From a virus: DNA of 64,000 nucleotides. Numbering within the stretch: the stretch's first letter is position 1; the number at the start of each line of letters is the position of its first letter. The position numbers and the translations under genes were made by a program. The notes beneath the pieces were generated by a model, which did no database searches, was not told where the DNA came from, and saw only the letters and a program-made list of their open reading frames with translations. The DNA lies in IMG/VR virus record IMGVR_UViG_3300009788_000006, positions 18,022-82,021 of that record. One strand, 5' to 3'. Below, one piece after another: positions 17,014 through 26,352 of this stretch.

Positions 17014-18467
17014 GCCGGAACCTCCATTCCCTGGGTGTAAATGTCTGGTTGACTGACGCCCTCGGCGTCGTTCATATAACCGACCAGCTTTCCGAACATG
17101 TAATCGGCGCGCTTCTGCTTTGCGAGAAGATTGGACAGAACTCGCGACTCCCCGGAGGTGGTGATCAGGTCCACGATGACCTCATGCGCCTGACCGAAGC
17201 GCCAACATCTGCGGATCGCCTGGTACCACGCCTCGAAGGAATTCATGGCGCCGAGGAAAACCATCCGGTGACAGTTCTGAAGATTGAGCCCCCACGCGCA
17301 GATTTTCGGCTTGGTGATCAGGACGCGGATCTCTCCGTGCTCAAATGCCAGGATCGCCGCTTCCTTCTGGATGTGGATGTCACCCTTTGGAGCTCGCCAT
17401 GCAACCGTGCTTCCATACCGAACCGCCTGGCCGGCTACTTCGACAGCGCCAGGAATTACCTGGACAAGGTGTTCTCCTTCGGGGTTCAGCTCGCACCAGA
17501 TGATCGCCTGCTCTTTGTGGTCGGTGAGCTCGGCCGCCTTATCGCACCGTGCCACCATTGTTGTGCGGCGCTCCGCCCGTTGCTCACTCACCCCGCGGGC
17601 TTGGGGTGGAATAAGCAAACGCTGGCCGTCCCCATCGATCAAGGGCTTTTCACACTTGACGCCGTGCTCTCGCTGTATCAGTCCTGGCAGCTCATAGAGG
17701 TGGTCTTCATGCGGAAATCCGAGTTCGCCAGGCTTGCGGGCGCTCCGCGACCAGCTCGAAACGAATTTCCAGAACGGCTCTTCGGCGTGACCGCGAAAGC
17801 GCCACCCTTGAGCGTGCATGTCGGCTCTGCCGCTGTGCCGTTGTCCCTTTGACCATCGCGCGATTGTCGGCCCGTCGACTTGTCGGAAGAAGCGTTCCTT
17901 GACCTGATCTTCGCGCAGTCGCCCCAGCGCCTCAGAGAAAGTGCCGAGCTCGATAAACGCGTTTGGCGCCGGCGTCCCGCTGTAGAGCGATCGATACCGG
18001 ACCCGGTTCATCATTCTTTGGATTAGGCGGCGTGTCTTACCGATCACGTTCTTGAGGACGGATCCTTCATCGATCAGAATGCCGACGAATGCGCTGGCGT
18101 CGAAGTGCTGGAGACGCTGGAAGTTCGTGACCACCACGCGGGGGCCTGGCGGGTACTTGCCGTCGATAGAGCGGACCGCGTCAATGCCGAACTTCTCGGC
18201 CTCAAGAATCGTTTGGTGCGAAACGGCGAAAGGCGTTGCCAACAAAACAGGTTTGTTCGTGTGTCTTACGACATTATCCCCGACTGTGAGTTGTATTGCG
18301 CTCTTGCCCAAACCACATTCTATCAGGTTCGCCGCGCACCCCTCGGCGAGTGTCCACTCGACTAGATGATTCTGGAAGTCATAGAGGCAGTCCGGCATCC
18401 AGTAAGGGGCGAACCCGTCACCGGCCGGCAGTTGCAACTTGCGGGCTACGAAGTCCCGATAGCTCAT
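17004..18467 (-). CDS. SNF2-like superfamily 2 helicase
   Basis: CGLGKS, ILIDEGS, SGTPAPN, WGLNLQ, QAIRRCWRFGQ. Confidence 0.9.
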   Translation of the reverse strand: MSYRDFVARKLQLPAGDGFAPYWMPDCLYDFQNHLVEWTLAEGCAANLIECGLGKSAIQLTVGDNVVRHTNKPVLLATPFAVSHQTILEAEKFGIDAVRSIDGKYPPGPRVVVTNFQRLQHFDASAFVGILIDEGSVLKNVIGKTRRLIQRMMNRVRYRSLYSGTPAPNAFIELGTFSEALGRLREDQVKERFFRQVDGPTIARWSKGQRHSGRADMHAQGWRFRGHAEEPFWKFVSSWSRSARKPGELGFPHEDHLYELPGLIQREHGVKCEKPLIDGDGQRLLIPPQARGVSEQRAERRTTMVARCDKAAELTDHKEQAIIWCELNPEGEHLVQVIPGAVEVAGQAVRYGSTVAWRAPKGDIHIQKEAAILAFEHGEIRVLITKPKICAWGLNLQNCHRMVFLGAMNSFEAWYQAIRRCWRFGQAHEVIVDLITTSGESRVLSNLLAKQKRADYMFGKLVGYMNDAEGVSQPDIYTQGMEVPAWL

Positions 18468-18976
18468 TGCCCGTCCGCTGAGGGCCGAGCCACCCGCTCA
18501 TCGGGCCGCGACTTGATCACCGACCAGCGCCGAGCAACTACCGCTTGCCAGTCGAAACCAAGTCCGTCAATATCAGCGGCCAGCCCTTCGAAAACGTGAG
18601 TGGCAGCCCGCTCGAGCCCGTCGAGCACTTGCCGCAACGGCACTGCTCCAGCACCATCCTGCCCTGACTCGTGGATTAGCTGGCGGTCAAGATCTAGCGA
18701 AACCAGGCGGCAGAGAGCTACAGTAGTGACCAAAAAGCCATCCGCTTCGCACCTAACCGCTCTCCCGAGTCGACCGCAATAAGCCGCCAACGCTATGAAA
18801 ACGTCGGCCGCTTCCTCGGCCTTGAGAGGCGGAAGAGCAGCTGACAACATCTCGCCGAGCTCGCCGACCGCTTTCATTAGGGCGTGCTCCGGGAAGCACT
18901 CGAAGTGCTCCAGGTGCCAGGCGAGGACCTCGGCCTGAAACTCTGCAAGATCGACTGTGGTAGGCTTGGATTCCAT
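18464..18976 (-). CDS. MazG-like NTP pyrophosphohydrolase
   Basis: LMKAVGELGEML...EEAADVFIAL. Confidence 0.65.
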   Translation of the reverse strand: MESKPTTVDLAEFQAEVLAWHLEHFECFPEHALMKAVGELGEMLSAALPPLKAEEAADVFIALAAYCGRLGRAVRCEADGFLVTTVALCRLVSLDLDRQLIHESGQDGAGAVPLRQVLDGLERAATHVFEGLAADIDGLGFDWQAVVARRWSVIKSRPDERVARPSADGQ

Positions 18977-19065
18977 TTGGCAGCTCCTTTGCCGGTGGGT
19001 GGCGCCGTGGCGGTGACTCGTCTCGGCGCTCTTGTATTCTACCCGCTAGCGCAGTCGGTTGCAAG

Positions 19066-19458
19066 TCACCCCGACGGACAAGCCAGGTCCCTGAGATCGC
19101 CCAGCAGCACTTCGCCGAAGCCGACCAGATCCTCGTCCTCCGGGGTCGTCCCCCAATACCAGAACACCTGATCCGGATCACACTCGGCGGTCCCGTCCAT
19201 GACCTGGAGCGCGAAGCCTAGGAGCTCGACCTCTCGCCGGGTCTTCATGCGGTCGTCATCGCGGCGGATGGCGATGAGCTGCTCCAGCCTATTCCGGTCC
19301 GGGACTTCGCCGCTATCGGCACCGCGGGCGCCGGCCAGGTCGAAGGGCTCCGTGTTGGCCGTCCAGGCGAAGCCCAGCATTTCACCGACGGCGTCCGTCC
19401 AGCGGCGGAGTAGGACGATGCGGCGCTGGCCGCATCCGGGGGTAAGCGAGGTGGTCAT
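19066..19458 (-). CDS. Hypothetical protein
   Basis: 130-aa ORF with GGAG RBS. Confidence 0.6.
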   Translation of the reverse strand: MTTSLTPGCGQRRIVLLRRWTDAVGEMLGFAWTANTEPFDLAGARGADSGEVPDRNRLEQLIAIRRDDDRMKTRREVELLGFALQVMDGTAECDPDQVFWYWGTTPEDEDLVGFGEVLLGDLRDLACPSG

Positions 19459-19662
19459 TCAGTAATTCTCCGATGAGGTAACGATCACCCGCAGCACCTC
19501 GGTAGCAGCGCTTACAAGGGCCGACGGGTGAGCCTTCGCCTGTCCGTAGAGATAGGCGCCAAGCTCGTCGAGCTCATCGTCAGATAGCTTCGGCAGCCAG
19601 GCAAGCGCAGAGGCGAGCTCTGAGGCGATAGCGGCGGGGAGGTTGTTGGGGTCGGGCATCAT
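19459..19662 (-). CDS. Hypothetical protein
   Basis: GAGGAG RBS. Confidence 0.55.
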   Translation of the reverse strand: MMPDPNNLPAAIASELASALAWLPKLSDDELDELGAYLYGQAKAHPSALVSAATEVLRVIVTSSENY

Positions 19663-19673
19663 CTCAAATCTCC

Positions 19674-20258
19674 TCAGATTCCGAACGCTGGATTGTTGTC
19701 GTCCTCGGCCCGGACGAAAGCGCCGTCGGCACGGTCGCGGGCGACCGAGGCGGCGAGGTTGCGGAATGCCTGGCTGGTAGGCTGGCCACAGTCCGCGCAG
19801 AAGCCGTTGACCGGTAGGTGGTTCCCTTGCTCGCACCCGGCGATCCGGCGGGCCAGCAGGACGCCTACTTTGCCGGCCGTTGGAGACTCGCGCCAACCCG
19901 CGAAGACGTCCACGTCCTCGAGCTGGTTCGTCGGATCGTTGATGAGCTCGGCCAGCGCCAGCAGGCCGTGATAGCAGATTCCGTACCTACCGCTCTCGCA
20001 CGGGCAGCTCAGGCGGTTCGCCCGGTTGCGGGTCGCGACCGTGACCGGGTAGGTCTTGGCGCTCCCCTTGACGGCGACTGTCCGGCAGCGGACCCCGAGT
20101 TTGAGAAGCAGATCCAACGTGGTGTTGGCGATCGAGTCCAGCGTGGCCGTCTCGGGCGTGCCGAGTGCGCCAACGAGTTCCGGGTGGTCTTCGGTTCGAT
20201 CGCAGAGCGTCTTCAGAAGTTGCTCGAGGGCGCTGGCCTGGTTGGCGCTGATCTTCAT
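19674..20258 (-). CDS. SWIM zinc-finger protein
   Basis: SCPCESGRYGICYH (CxC..CxH) plus CADC. Confidence 0.75.
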   Translation of the reverse strand: MKISANQASALEQLLKTLCDRTEDHPELVGALGTPETATLDSIANTTLDLLLKLGVRCRTVAVKGSAKTYPVTVATRNRANRLSCPCESGRYGICYHGLLALAELINDPTNQLEDVDVFAGWRESPTAGKVGVLLARRIAGCEQGNHLPVNGFCADCGQPTSQAFRNLAASVARDRADGAFVRAEDDNNPAFGI

Positions 20259-20321
20259 GGTCGTCTCCTCGGTTGGTCGGTCTCCGTCAGCCCTCCGTGA
20301 GGACTCGCGGGGGCCGGTCAA

Positions 20322-20794
20322 GCGGATCGAGGTCGGGTAGCAGGGGCGGCCTTTCGGCCGGCCGTCTGCTAACTGAATTGAGCATCAAGAAGGTCGCGCC
20401 GTTCTAAGTACGGGCGGCCATTGTCGCGACAGAAGTCGCCGATCATCGACGGGAGTTTCGAGAATTCCCGCCAGTCTGCCGGTCTGTTGCCAGGGCGTCG
20501 CATCTTCAGTGCGTCCAGCGCACGATAGACTAGGGAATAATCGACCCGGTTGGCCTTGCGCCAAGCCTTGGTGACCATGTCAGCCCAGTAACTTGGCGCC
20601 TTCGTCCGTTTGATGATGGCGGCGAGCGCGTTCCCGGGCATGCCTTTCAGGGCTTGCTCGTCGACCGTGCCGTCCTCGCCAAGCAGAAGCGCGATACCCT
20701 CGGGAGTCATGTTCGTGATGTCGAAAGTCTGCATTGTGCTCTCCAGATTCGCAGGAGCGGTTGATCCCGCCCCTCCTATCCGACCTCGATTCGT
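20322..20794. repeat. 28-bp imperfect inverted repeats flanking one gene
   Basis: 20322-20349 matches the reverse complement of 20767-20794 at 24/28. Confidence 0.8.
20369..20734 (-). CDS. Hypothetical protein
   Basis: GGAG RBS; 121 aa. Confidence 0.65.
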   Translation of the reverse strand: MQTFDITNMTPEGIALLLGEDGTVDEQALKGMPGNALAAIIKRTKAPSYWADMVTKAWRKANRVDYSLVYRALDALKMRRPGNRPADWREFSKLPSMIGDFCRDNGRPYLERRDLLDAQFS

Positions 20795-20892
20795 TCGTGG
20801 CCCTTATTCTCGCCTACCAAGACTCGAAGCATGGCTGCCGGCGGTTTCGGGTGAGTTGTCAAAGGGTTCTTTCTCGGTCGCCTATTAGAACT

Positions 20893-20908
20893 TGCAAACC
20901 CTATGCCA
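20893..20908 (-). promoter_or_regulatory. sigma54 (RpoN) -24/-12 promoter
   Basis: TGGCAT-AGGGT-TTGCA. Confidence 0.65.
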
Positions 20909-21014
20909 GAATTATGAACACAGCCCCATGAAAGGTTGGTGGGCCTTAAACGTAAGCATGTCACCACTTACGCCGAATGCCGCCGGGCCAGAGGCCCGGG
21001 CCGCTGACCCGGAA

Positions 21015-21053
21015 TGTCCAGAATTCCGTACATTGTATCCACAATTCTGGACA
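21015..21053. promoter_or_regulatory. Dyad operator or possible upstream activator site
   Basis: TGTCCAGAATT-N17-AATTCTGGACA. Confidence 0.55.
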
Positions 21054-21082
21054 CGGGCCGATAAGCGCTTACGGGTCAACAC

Positions 21083-21316
21083 TTACGAGCCCTTGATTTG
21101 TTCAGAATTCTGGATCAGAGGTGAGTCGAGCGCGCGGAGTAGGTTGAGCACGGCCACGGCCGATCCGAGGTTGTCGCCCTGCTCCCAGGCCCACAGCCTG
21201 GTGCGGACGATGTCCAGGTCAACGGCAGCGGCCTTAGAGCTGCGCCCCGTCGCTTGTCGTAGGCTGCGGATGTGGGCGCCGAGGTCCTTGGGAGTGATGT
21301 CGTGGTGTGTTTTCAT
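21083..21316 (-). CDS. XRE-family HTH regulator
   Basis: LGAHIRSLRQATGRSSKAAAVDLDIVRTRLWAWEQG. Confidence 0.8.
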   Translation of the reverse strand: MKTHHDITPKDLGAHIRSLRQATGRSSKAAAVDLDIVRTRLWAWEQGDNLGSAVAVLNLLRALDSPLIQNSEQIKGS

Positions 21317-21329
21317 GGTCTCAGGTGAT

Positions 21330-21345
21330 TGCAAACCGCGTGCCG
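21330..21345 (-). promoter_or_regulatory. sigma54 (RpoN) -24/-12 promoter
   Basis: CGGCAC-GCGGT-TTGCA just upstream of the XRE gene. Confidence 0.65.
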
Positions 21346-21359
21346 CGGACGAAAGTCCA

Positions 21360-21638
21360 TCATTCATCGCGACCACGGAAACCGAACACCGAATCGGCGC
21401 CGACCAGCTCCTGCGGCGAGCCCAGCCTCGCCTCCAGATATTCGTGAGCACGGCAGAATGTTGCACCCCTCATTGGGCGGCAGCGACACTGCCTCAGAGT
21501 CCAACTCATTTCAAAGCCGCTCGGCGTCCTACCGGTCCTACGCAAGCAATCACGCTCCGCGACCTCGGCCGGACAGAATCCCTCTTTCGGGTTATCTACA
21601 CTGCTACAGGCGGACTCATATGGACCATAGATGCCCAT
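21360..21638 (-). CDS. Cys/His-motif small protein
   Basis: RQCRCRPMRGATFCRAH. Confidence 0.55.
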   Translation of the reverse strand: MGIYGPYESACSSVDNPKEGFCPAEVAERDCLRRTGRTPSGFEMSWTLRQCRCRPMRGATFCRAHEYLEARLGSPQELVGADSVFGFRGRDE

Positions 21639-21952
21639 CAGAGCTCCCTCGGCGGCTCTGGCCGCCGCGCCTCGGCCAGCGTCAGTGGCACGGAGAGCAC
21701 GGAAGCTTTCCGCCGACACATCTCGGTGAACATCGCGTCGAAGAGACCGCCGGGAAGATGGGTAGCAAGGGCGTCAACAACCTCGGCCGCTTTGCCATGA
21801 TAGGCACCGCGAGCGAAATCCCCCGGGCGGTCCCCCTGCCACAGATCCGGATCGGGGACTTCTTCGTCGAAGCGCAAGATCAGGTTCGCGGGCTCAGGGT
21901 CGCCGGGGAGCTGCTGGGCTTTCCAGCTATGTAGCTCGTGAGTCTCGGTCAT
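21638..21952 (-). CDS. Hypothetical protein
   Basis: AAGGAG RBS. Confidence 0.65.
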   Translation of the reverse strand: MTETHELHSWKAQQLPGDPEPANLILRFDEEVPDPDLWQGDRPGDFARGAYHGKAAEVVDALATHLPGGLFDAMFTEMCRRKASVLSVPLTLAEARRPEPPREL

Positions 21953-22430
21953 TTGCTTCTCCTTTTGCTGCGCGGTCGGCTGCTTTCCACCACGCTCTGA
22001 ATTCAGGGTCGGGGTCCGGGATCTGCCACTCCAACCGCTCGCGAGCTATCAGCCGGACACTTTCGACGTACTCGTAGAAGGCGGTCGAGTTGAGCTGGGC
22101 CGTGGACGGGTCGTCGATCACGGTTACCTTCCGGTCCATCACCACCTCTTGCCGGGCCGTAGTCGGCAGTAGCGTATCCCGGAAGTGCGCGTGGATCGCA
22201 TCACAGGACGCGGCCGGCATGCCAGCGGCATCAAGCCCGCGCTGGAATTCTGGATAGACCAGGCCCCACAGGTAGGCATTAGCTTGCAGGCTCCGGACCG
22301 GCGGGCTGATCGTGATCGCCACCGGGCGGCCGGCGTAGAGCTGGAGCTCGTCGTTGATCTGATCGACTGTCGACTGCGGAAGCTCGCCCTGGCCGCTGAC
22401 GAGGCAGATCTTGGTGACCCGCTGGGGCAT
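21927..22430 (-). CDS. NinB/Orf-like recombination accessory protein
   Basis: RSLQANAYLWG...STAQLNSTAFYEYVE. Confidence 0.75.
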   Translation of the reverse strand: MPQRVTKICLVSGQGELPQSTVDQINDELQLYAGRPVAITISPPVRSLQANAYLWGLVYPEFQRGLDAAGMPAASCDAIHAHFRDTLLPTTARQEVVMDRKVTVIDDPSTAQLNSTAFYEYVESVRLIARERLEWQIPDPDPEFRAWWKAADRAAKGEANDRDSRAT

Positions 22431-22792
22431 CAGACTACCGCCTCCGCTGCAACTTTCCCGCACTCTTCCTGGAGTGCAGAGATCCTGCCGAGCAGCTCGC
22501 GAACGTCTGTAACGGCCACCCCGAGGCGGCGCTCGATGTCCTCTCGCCACTCCCTGACGGCCTCGGGGTCTAATGGTCTCGGTGCGTGTCCGCGGCCGTG
22601 GCAGTCCTCACAGAGAGTCTCGAGCAGTCGCGGCGGCGTATCCCATGGATCTGAGCCGACGTAGCTTCGGTGGTGGACATGCAGCGTCTTGTCCTCAGCC
22701 CCACACTGCCGGCATTTCCACTCGTCCCGGCTCATGACTTCGAGGCGGACCCGTTGCCACCTGGGATCGAGAAGCTTGTCGGCGTAGGTCAC
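22430..22792 (-). CDS. HNH endonuclease
   Basis: DPRWQRVRLEVMSRDEWKCRQC...LHVHH...LETLCEDCH. Confidence 0.85.
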   Translation of the reverse strand: MTYADKLLDPRWQRVRLEVMSRDEWKCRQCGAEDKTLHVHHRSYVGSDPWDTPPRLLETLCEDCHGRGHAPRPLDPEAVREWREDIERRLGVAVTDVRELLGRISALQEECGKVAAEAVV

Positions 22793-24108
22793 TGTCTCGG
22801 CTCCGGCTGCCGGGCGACATCTGCGAACCTCATCAGCTCTCCGATCCATCCTACGTGGCACGTTCCGGCCGGCACGCCGTCTCGATTCTTCCGGATGATA
22901 ATTTCGGCAACTCCGGGATCTTCAGACTCGTCGACCACTGAGGTGATGAACGTCATCAGAACGACATCTGCATCCTGGCCAACCGCGCCGCTGTATTTGA
23001 GATGGACCAGTAGCGGCCGATCCGCCTTCTGCCCTTCGTTGGCCAGCTGGTGGAGAAGGACCACGGCCACGTCGAGCTCTTTGGCGGCCAGCTTGCAACG
23101 GCGGGCAATCCGGGAGATTCGAATCTCTTGATTTTCCTTCGGGTCGCTGGTCTCGATCAGGCTCAGATAGTCGATCGCCAGCACCTGTATCTCTCGCTCA
23201 GCCTTGAGCCGGCGAGCCCTGGCGATGATAGCGTCGATCGTCTGAATCGGAGTGTAATCGACCCAGAGCGGCATATTCATCAGCGTATTCCGAGCCGCGT
23301 CGATCCGCTGGCGCTGATCGGCCGACAGCTGCGCTGTCTGGATCGACCGGTGAGGGATTCCGGTGACCTGAGACAATAGGCGTCCGGTGATCTGAGCTCT
23401 AGACATCTCGAGCGACACCATCGCGCACGGGTGGCCGGCGAGCGCCGCGGCGCGGAGCATTCCGAGCGCCAGCGATGTCTTGCCGTGACCGGTGATGCCG
23501 CCGATGACGTAGAGATGGCCGGGCAGTAGGCCGATGATCTCTTCGTCGAGGGCGTGGATGCCGGTAGAGATCCCGACCCTCTCTTCGGGTCCGCGGTCCA
23601 GCCTCAAGTCCTCGAAGCCGTCGGCCGCGTGGACATACTCGAAGCTTCGCGCGTCGGTCTCCAGATCGAGGAGCTCGGCGCCAGCCCTTCCGATCGTCTC
23701 CGATACGTCCGTACCGTTCTGGGCCGCGGCCGCAAGCCGGGAGCCCATTTCGATCAACTGCCGGCGGCGCCATCGGTCGAGGATGATCGTAGCGTAGCGC
23801 TCGAGCCCGCCGAGGTCGGGGAGGTCGAGATCAAGCCCGGCGAGGTAGGCCAAGCCGCCCACCTCTTCGAATTTCCCCGCGCGCTCGATCTCGGCTTGCA
23901 GTGTCCGGAGGTCGATGCCGCGGGCGCCCTCGGCATGCTCGACCCAGATATCCCACATTGCTCGCCAGATGATCTTGTGGCGGTTGGTGTAGAAGTGGCG
24001 CTCATCGAGATGGCCGGCGGCGATCGAGATATCTTCTGGGCGCAGAAGACAGCAGGCGAGCACGGCGCGCTCCGCCTCTTCGGCGTGGGGTAAGGATTCG
24101 GGATTCAT
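22789..24108 (-). CDS. dnaB: Replicative DNA helicase
   Basis: PHAEEAERAVL N-terminus, Walker A GGITGHGKT, SLEMS, IDYLSL, QDADVV, IRKNRDG. Confidence 0.95.
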   Translation of the reverse strand: MNPESLPHAEEAERAVLACCLLRPEDISIAAGHLDERHFYTNRHKIIWRAMWDIWVEHAEGARGIDLRTLQAEIERAGKFEEVGGLAYLAGLDLDLPDLGGLERYATIILDRWRRRQLIEMGSRLAAAAQNGTDVSETIGRAGAELLDLETDARSFEYVHAADGFEDLRLDRGPEERVGISTGIHALDEEIIGLLPGHLYVIGGITGHGKTSLALGMLRAAALAGHPCAMVSLEMSRAQITGRLLSQVTGIPHRSIQTAQLSADQRQRIDAARNTLMNMPLWVDYTPIQTIDAIIARARRLKAEREIQVLAIDYLSLIETSDPKENQEIRISRIARRCKLAAKELDVAVVLLHQLANEGQKADRPLLVHLKYSGAVGQDADVVLMTFITSVVDESEDPGVAEIIIRKNRDGVPAGTCHVGWIGELMRFADVARQPEPRQ

Positions 24109-25097
24109 ACCAGCGGCTCTGCCGCGAACTCCGGCGGCGGTTTACGGTCGGCAGTCGATGGTGGGCGGGCCTTTCGTCTCTCCGCGGCGCTCGGCGGTCG
24201 TTGCCGCGCGCCGAGAGAGGACTCGGCCATCCGGCCGGCCGTGCCGTCGGTGATCGCCCTATTCAGGATCTTGTTGACGTAGGCGGTTGATTTGGCGTCG
24301 CCGTTCTCGCAGATATACCGGAGGTCGGCCAGTAGCTTCTCGTGTGGAATCTTGGCGCGGCGGTACTTCGCCACCCACCCGCGGGCGCGGTCGGCGTCGG
24401 CCCGGTTCGGCATCCCGCTACCGCCGAGGAAAGACCCGGTCATCGGATCGCCACCCCCGGAGAGGACGGACAGGCACTCGGCGCCGCGTTCCATGTCCGT
24501 GAGCTTGGCGGAAAGATCGCGCGCGGGAGGCGCCGCTCCGGCTCCCTCTTCCTGCTCTTGTTCCTGATCCTGATCCTGCTCCTGAGTGCAGGCCCCGTCT
24601 AACGGGGCGTCTAACGGGGCGTCTAACGGGGCGTCTAACGCTCCCAGCAGGTAAGGGTAGGACGGTCCGTGGCGATCGATAAAAGCGCGATAAAGGCCGC
24701 TTCCGTGCGCTTCCGCGAGCAACTGGCGCACGAGAGGCAGCCGCGAATCTTCCTTCTTGCCGTCATCGTGCCGCCGGGCTGGGTCTGCTCCGAACTCATG
24801 CCGGAATAAGTCCAGAACCCACACCCACTCCGTCTTCCGGTCGTACCGTATGAGGCCCCGTTCCCCCAGTAGAGACAGGGCGTCATACGCCCCGTCTAAC
24901 GCCCAGTCTCGGTCCGCCATCACGTAGCCGACGGGAAGGAAGAACAACCCGATAGCGTTGCCGTGCGGGCAGCTCACCAGATAGCCGGCGAGGCTCTGGG
25001 CTCGAAGGTTCTGGATGTCTTCGCCGCGGATCGACCGGCCGAAAGAGCCGGTGTGGAGACGTGGACCGACCTTGCAGTAGGGTCTACCTCTCGCCAT
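24105..25097 (-). CDS. Phage replication initiator protein
   Basis: Directly upstream of dnaB; PHGNAIGLFFLP motif, QEQDQDQEQEQE linker and internal iterons. Confidence 0.75.
   Translation of the reverse strand: MARGRPYCKVGPRLHTGSFGRSIRGEDIQNLRAQSLAGYLVSCPHGNAIGLFFLPVGYVMADRDWALDGAYDALSLLGERGLIRYDRKTEWVWVLDLFRHEFGADPARRHDDGKKEDSRLPLVRQLLAEAHGSGLYRAFIDRHGPSYPYLLGALDAPLDAPLDAPLDGACTQEQDQDQEQEQEEGAGAAPPARDLSAKLTDMERGAECLSVLSGGGDPMTGSFLGGSGMPNRADADRARGWVAKYRRAKIPHEKLLADLRYICENGDAKSTAYVNKILNRAITDGTAGRMAESSLGARQRPPSAAERRKARPPSTADRKPPPEFAAEPLV
24596..24640. repeat. 12-bp tandem iterons CGTCTAACGGGG (probable origin)
   Basis: Three full copies and one partial copy; another CGTCTAACG at 24893-24901. 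Confidence 0.8.
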
Positions 25098-25101
25098 TGG
25101 T

Positions 25102-25395
25102 TCAACTCGCGGACGGAATGCTGTACAGCATCGGTTTCCTGCCGGGCTGGTCCTCCCGGTCGAGAAGCCCTATTTCCCACAATCTGCCGAGTCGCATAGC
25201 CGCTGCGGTCCTACTGAGACCGAGTCGCTGGGCAAGATCCCCCGTTGTCCTCGCACCCGTCTTGACCGCGTCGAGGGTTTCTTGGGTCGTCGCGCGCTCC
25301 TCGACTGACCGAAAACCCATCTTGCGCGAGCAGACTTCAAACGCTCTTTGAGTATCCATAACGCCGAGAATATCCCGTCTTGTAACGTCTGTCAA
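25102..25395 (-). CDS. Winged-helix DNA-binding protein
   Basis: TTGDLAQRLGLSRTAAAMRLGRLWEIGLLDRE. Confidence 0.75.
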   Translation of the reverse strand: MTDVTRRDILGVMDTQRAFEVCSRKMGFRSVEERATTQETLDAVKTGARTTGDLAQRLGLSRTAAAMRLGRLWEIGLLDREDQPGRKPMLYSIPSAS

Positions 25396-25411
25396 GAGGC
25401 TAAGTGACCCA

Positions 25412-25597
25412 TTACCCTCCAGTGATCACCGCCGACTTGAAAGGCCGGTAGCTCCTCGCCGCCGTCAGCGCTTTCGCCGCCGCCTTCATGCTTGAGAACC
25501 TCTTCGCGTCCGCTTCGGTCAGCGTCTGGCCAGGGACCCGTCTTCCGTGCAGCGGCGCCAGCCAGACACCGGGCTCGAGCTCGACGATGTAGCTCAC
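25412..25597 (-). CDS. Hypothetical protein
   Basis: GTGA-coupled; YIVELEPGVWLAP. Confidence 0.6.
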   Translation of the reverse strand: MSYIVELEPGVWLAPLHGRRVPGQTLTEADAKRFSSMKAAAKALTAARSYRPFKSAVITGG

Positions 25598-25818
25598 GGC
25601 GCCACCTCGGCCGTTGCCGCCGGCGTCGCTGGGCGGTCCAGTCGGGCGAGCCGACGAATCTCCTGGTTGCATCGCCAGGCTTCCCACTCTTTGCAGTGGG
25701 CCTCGTAGACGGCGAGCGCTCGCTCGATAACGGCGCCGTGGCTGCGCCCTTGGTCGGCGGCGATCCTGGATAGGACACCGTGCGCCGACTCGGGGATTCT
25801 GACTTGCTTGGTGCTCAT
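25594..25818 (-). CDS. Ribbon-helix-helix protein
   Basis: KQVRIPESAHGVLSRIAADQGRSHGAVIERAL. Confidence 0.7.
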   Translation of the reverse strand: MSTKQVRIPESAHGVLSRIAADQGRSHGAVIERALAVYEAHCKEWEAWRCNQEIRRLARLDRPATPAATAEVAP

Positions 25819-25824
25819 CCTCAT

Positions 25825-25853
25825 AGCGTATTCCTATGTCGGCCAGTTGTCAA
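25825..25853 (-). promoter_or_regulatory. sigma70-type promoter
   Basis: TTGACA-17-TACGCT. Confidence 0.65.
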
Positions 25854-26137
25854 CCGTTTCGGATTCCGGCAGCGGTTTTTTTACCGGTCCCGAACTTGAT
25901 CTCGGCCATCGGCTCGCCGAGGTAGTTCAGCGTGTCGGCGTAGGGCACGAGATATCTCAGGCGCTCGGTCCGGTAGACCCAGCCGTACCCCCGGCCTCGG
26001 TACCACCGCATGACCAGCACGTCCCCGTCGATGATCGCCCGGACTTCGTAGGGTAGCCGGGGCACCCCGAAGCGCAGCCGGTCGCCCGGCCGGATCTTGT
26101 CGACGTCGGAGGCGGTGAGCTGGCGATAGGTGGCCAT
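25850..26137 (-). CDS. Hypothetical protein
   Basis: Coupled ORF. Confidence 0.6.
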   Translation of the reverse strand: MATYRQLTASDVDKIRPGDRLRFGVPRLPYEVRAIIDGDVLVMRWYRGRGYGWVYRTERLRYLVPYADTLNYLGEPMAEIKFGTGKKTAAGIRNG

Positions 26138-26352
26138 CAGGCCAAGGGGTAGACATAATCAGGACCCTCGGCTCCGCATGCTGGGCAGACTACCCGGGCG
26201 GAGCAAGGCACGCCGACAGCGAAATGCGTCACCGGATCTTCGACAAGCCGCGGCTCATAGCCGCAAAACGGGCAACGCCGAAGAGCGGTCAGATCGCGAA
26301 GACGGTCGGCCTCTGCTTTCTTTGCCGCCAAGAGCTGGGCGATGCCGATCAT
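26137..26352 (-). CDS. Lar-like restriction-alleviation zinc-ribbon protein
   Basis: LRRCPFCG...VVCPACGAEGP. Confidence 0.65.
   Translation of the reverse strand: MIGIAQLLAAKKAEADRLRDLTALRRCPFCGYEPRLVEDPVTHFAVGVPCSARVVCPACGAEGPDYVYPLA

Noticed and set aside
21034-21042. DnaA-box-like GTATCCACA
   Set aside because: A single 8/9 match; the iterons in the initiator gene are a better origin candidate.
24596-24640. CRISPR array
   Set aside because: 12-bp tandem units with no spacers, inside a CDS, and no cas genes.
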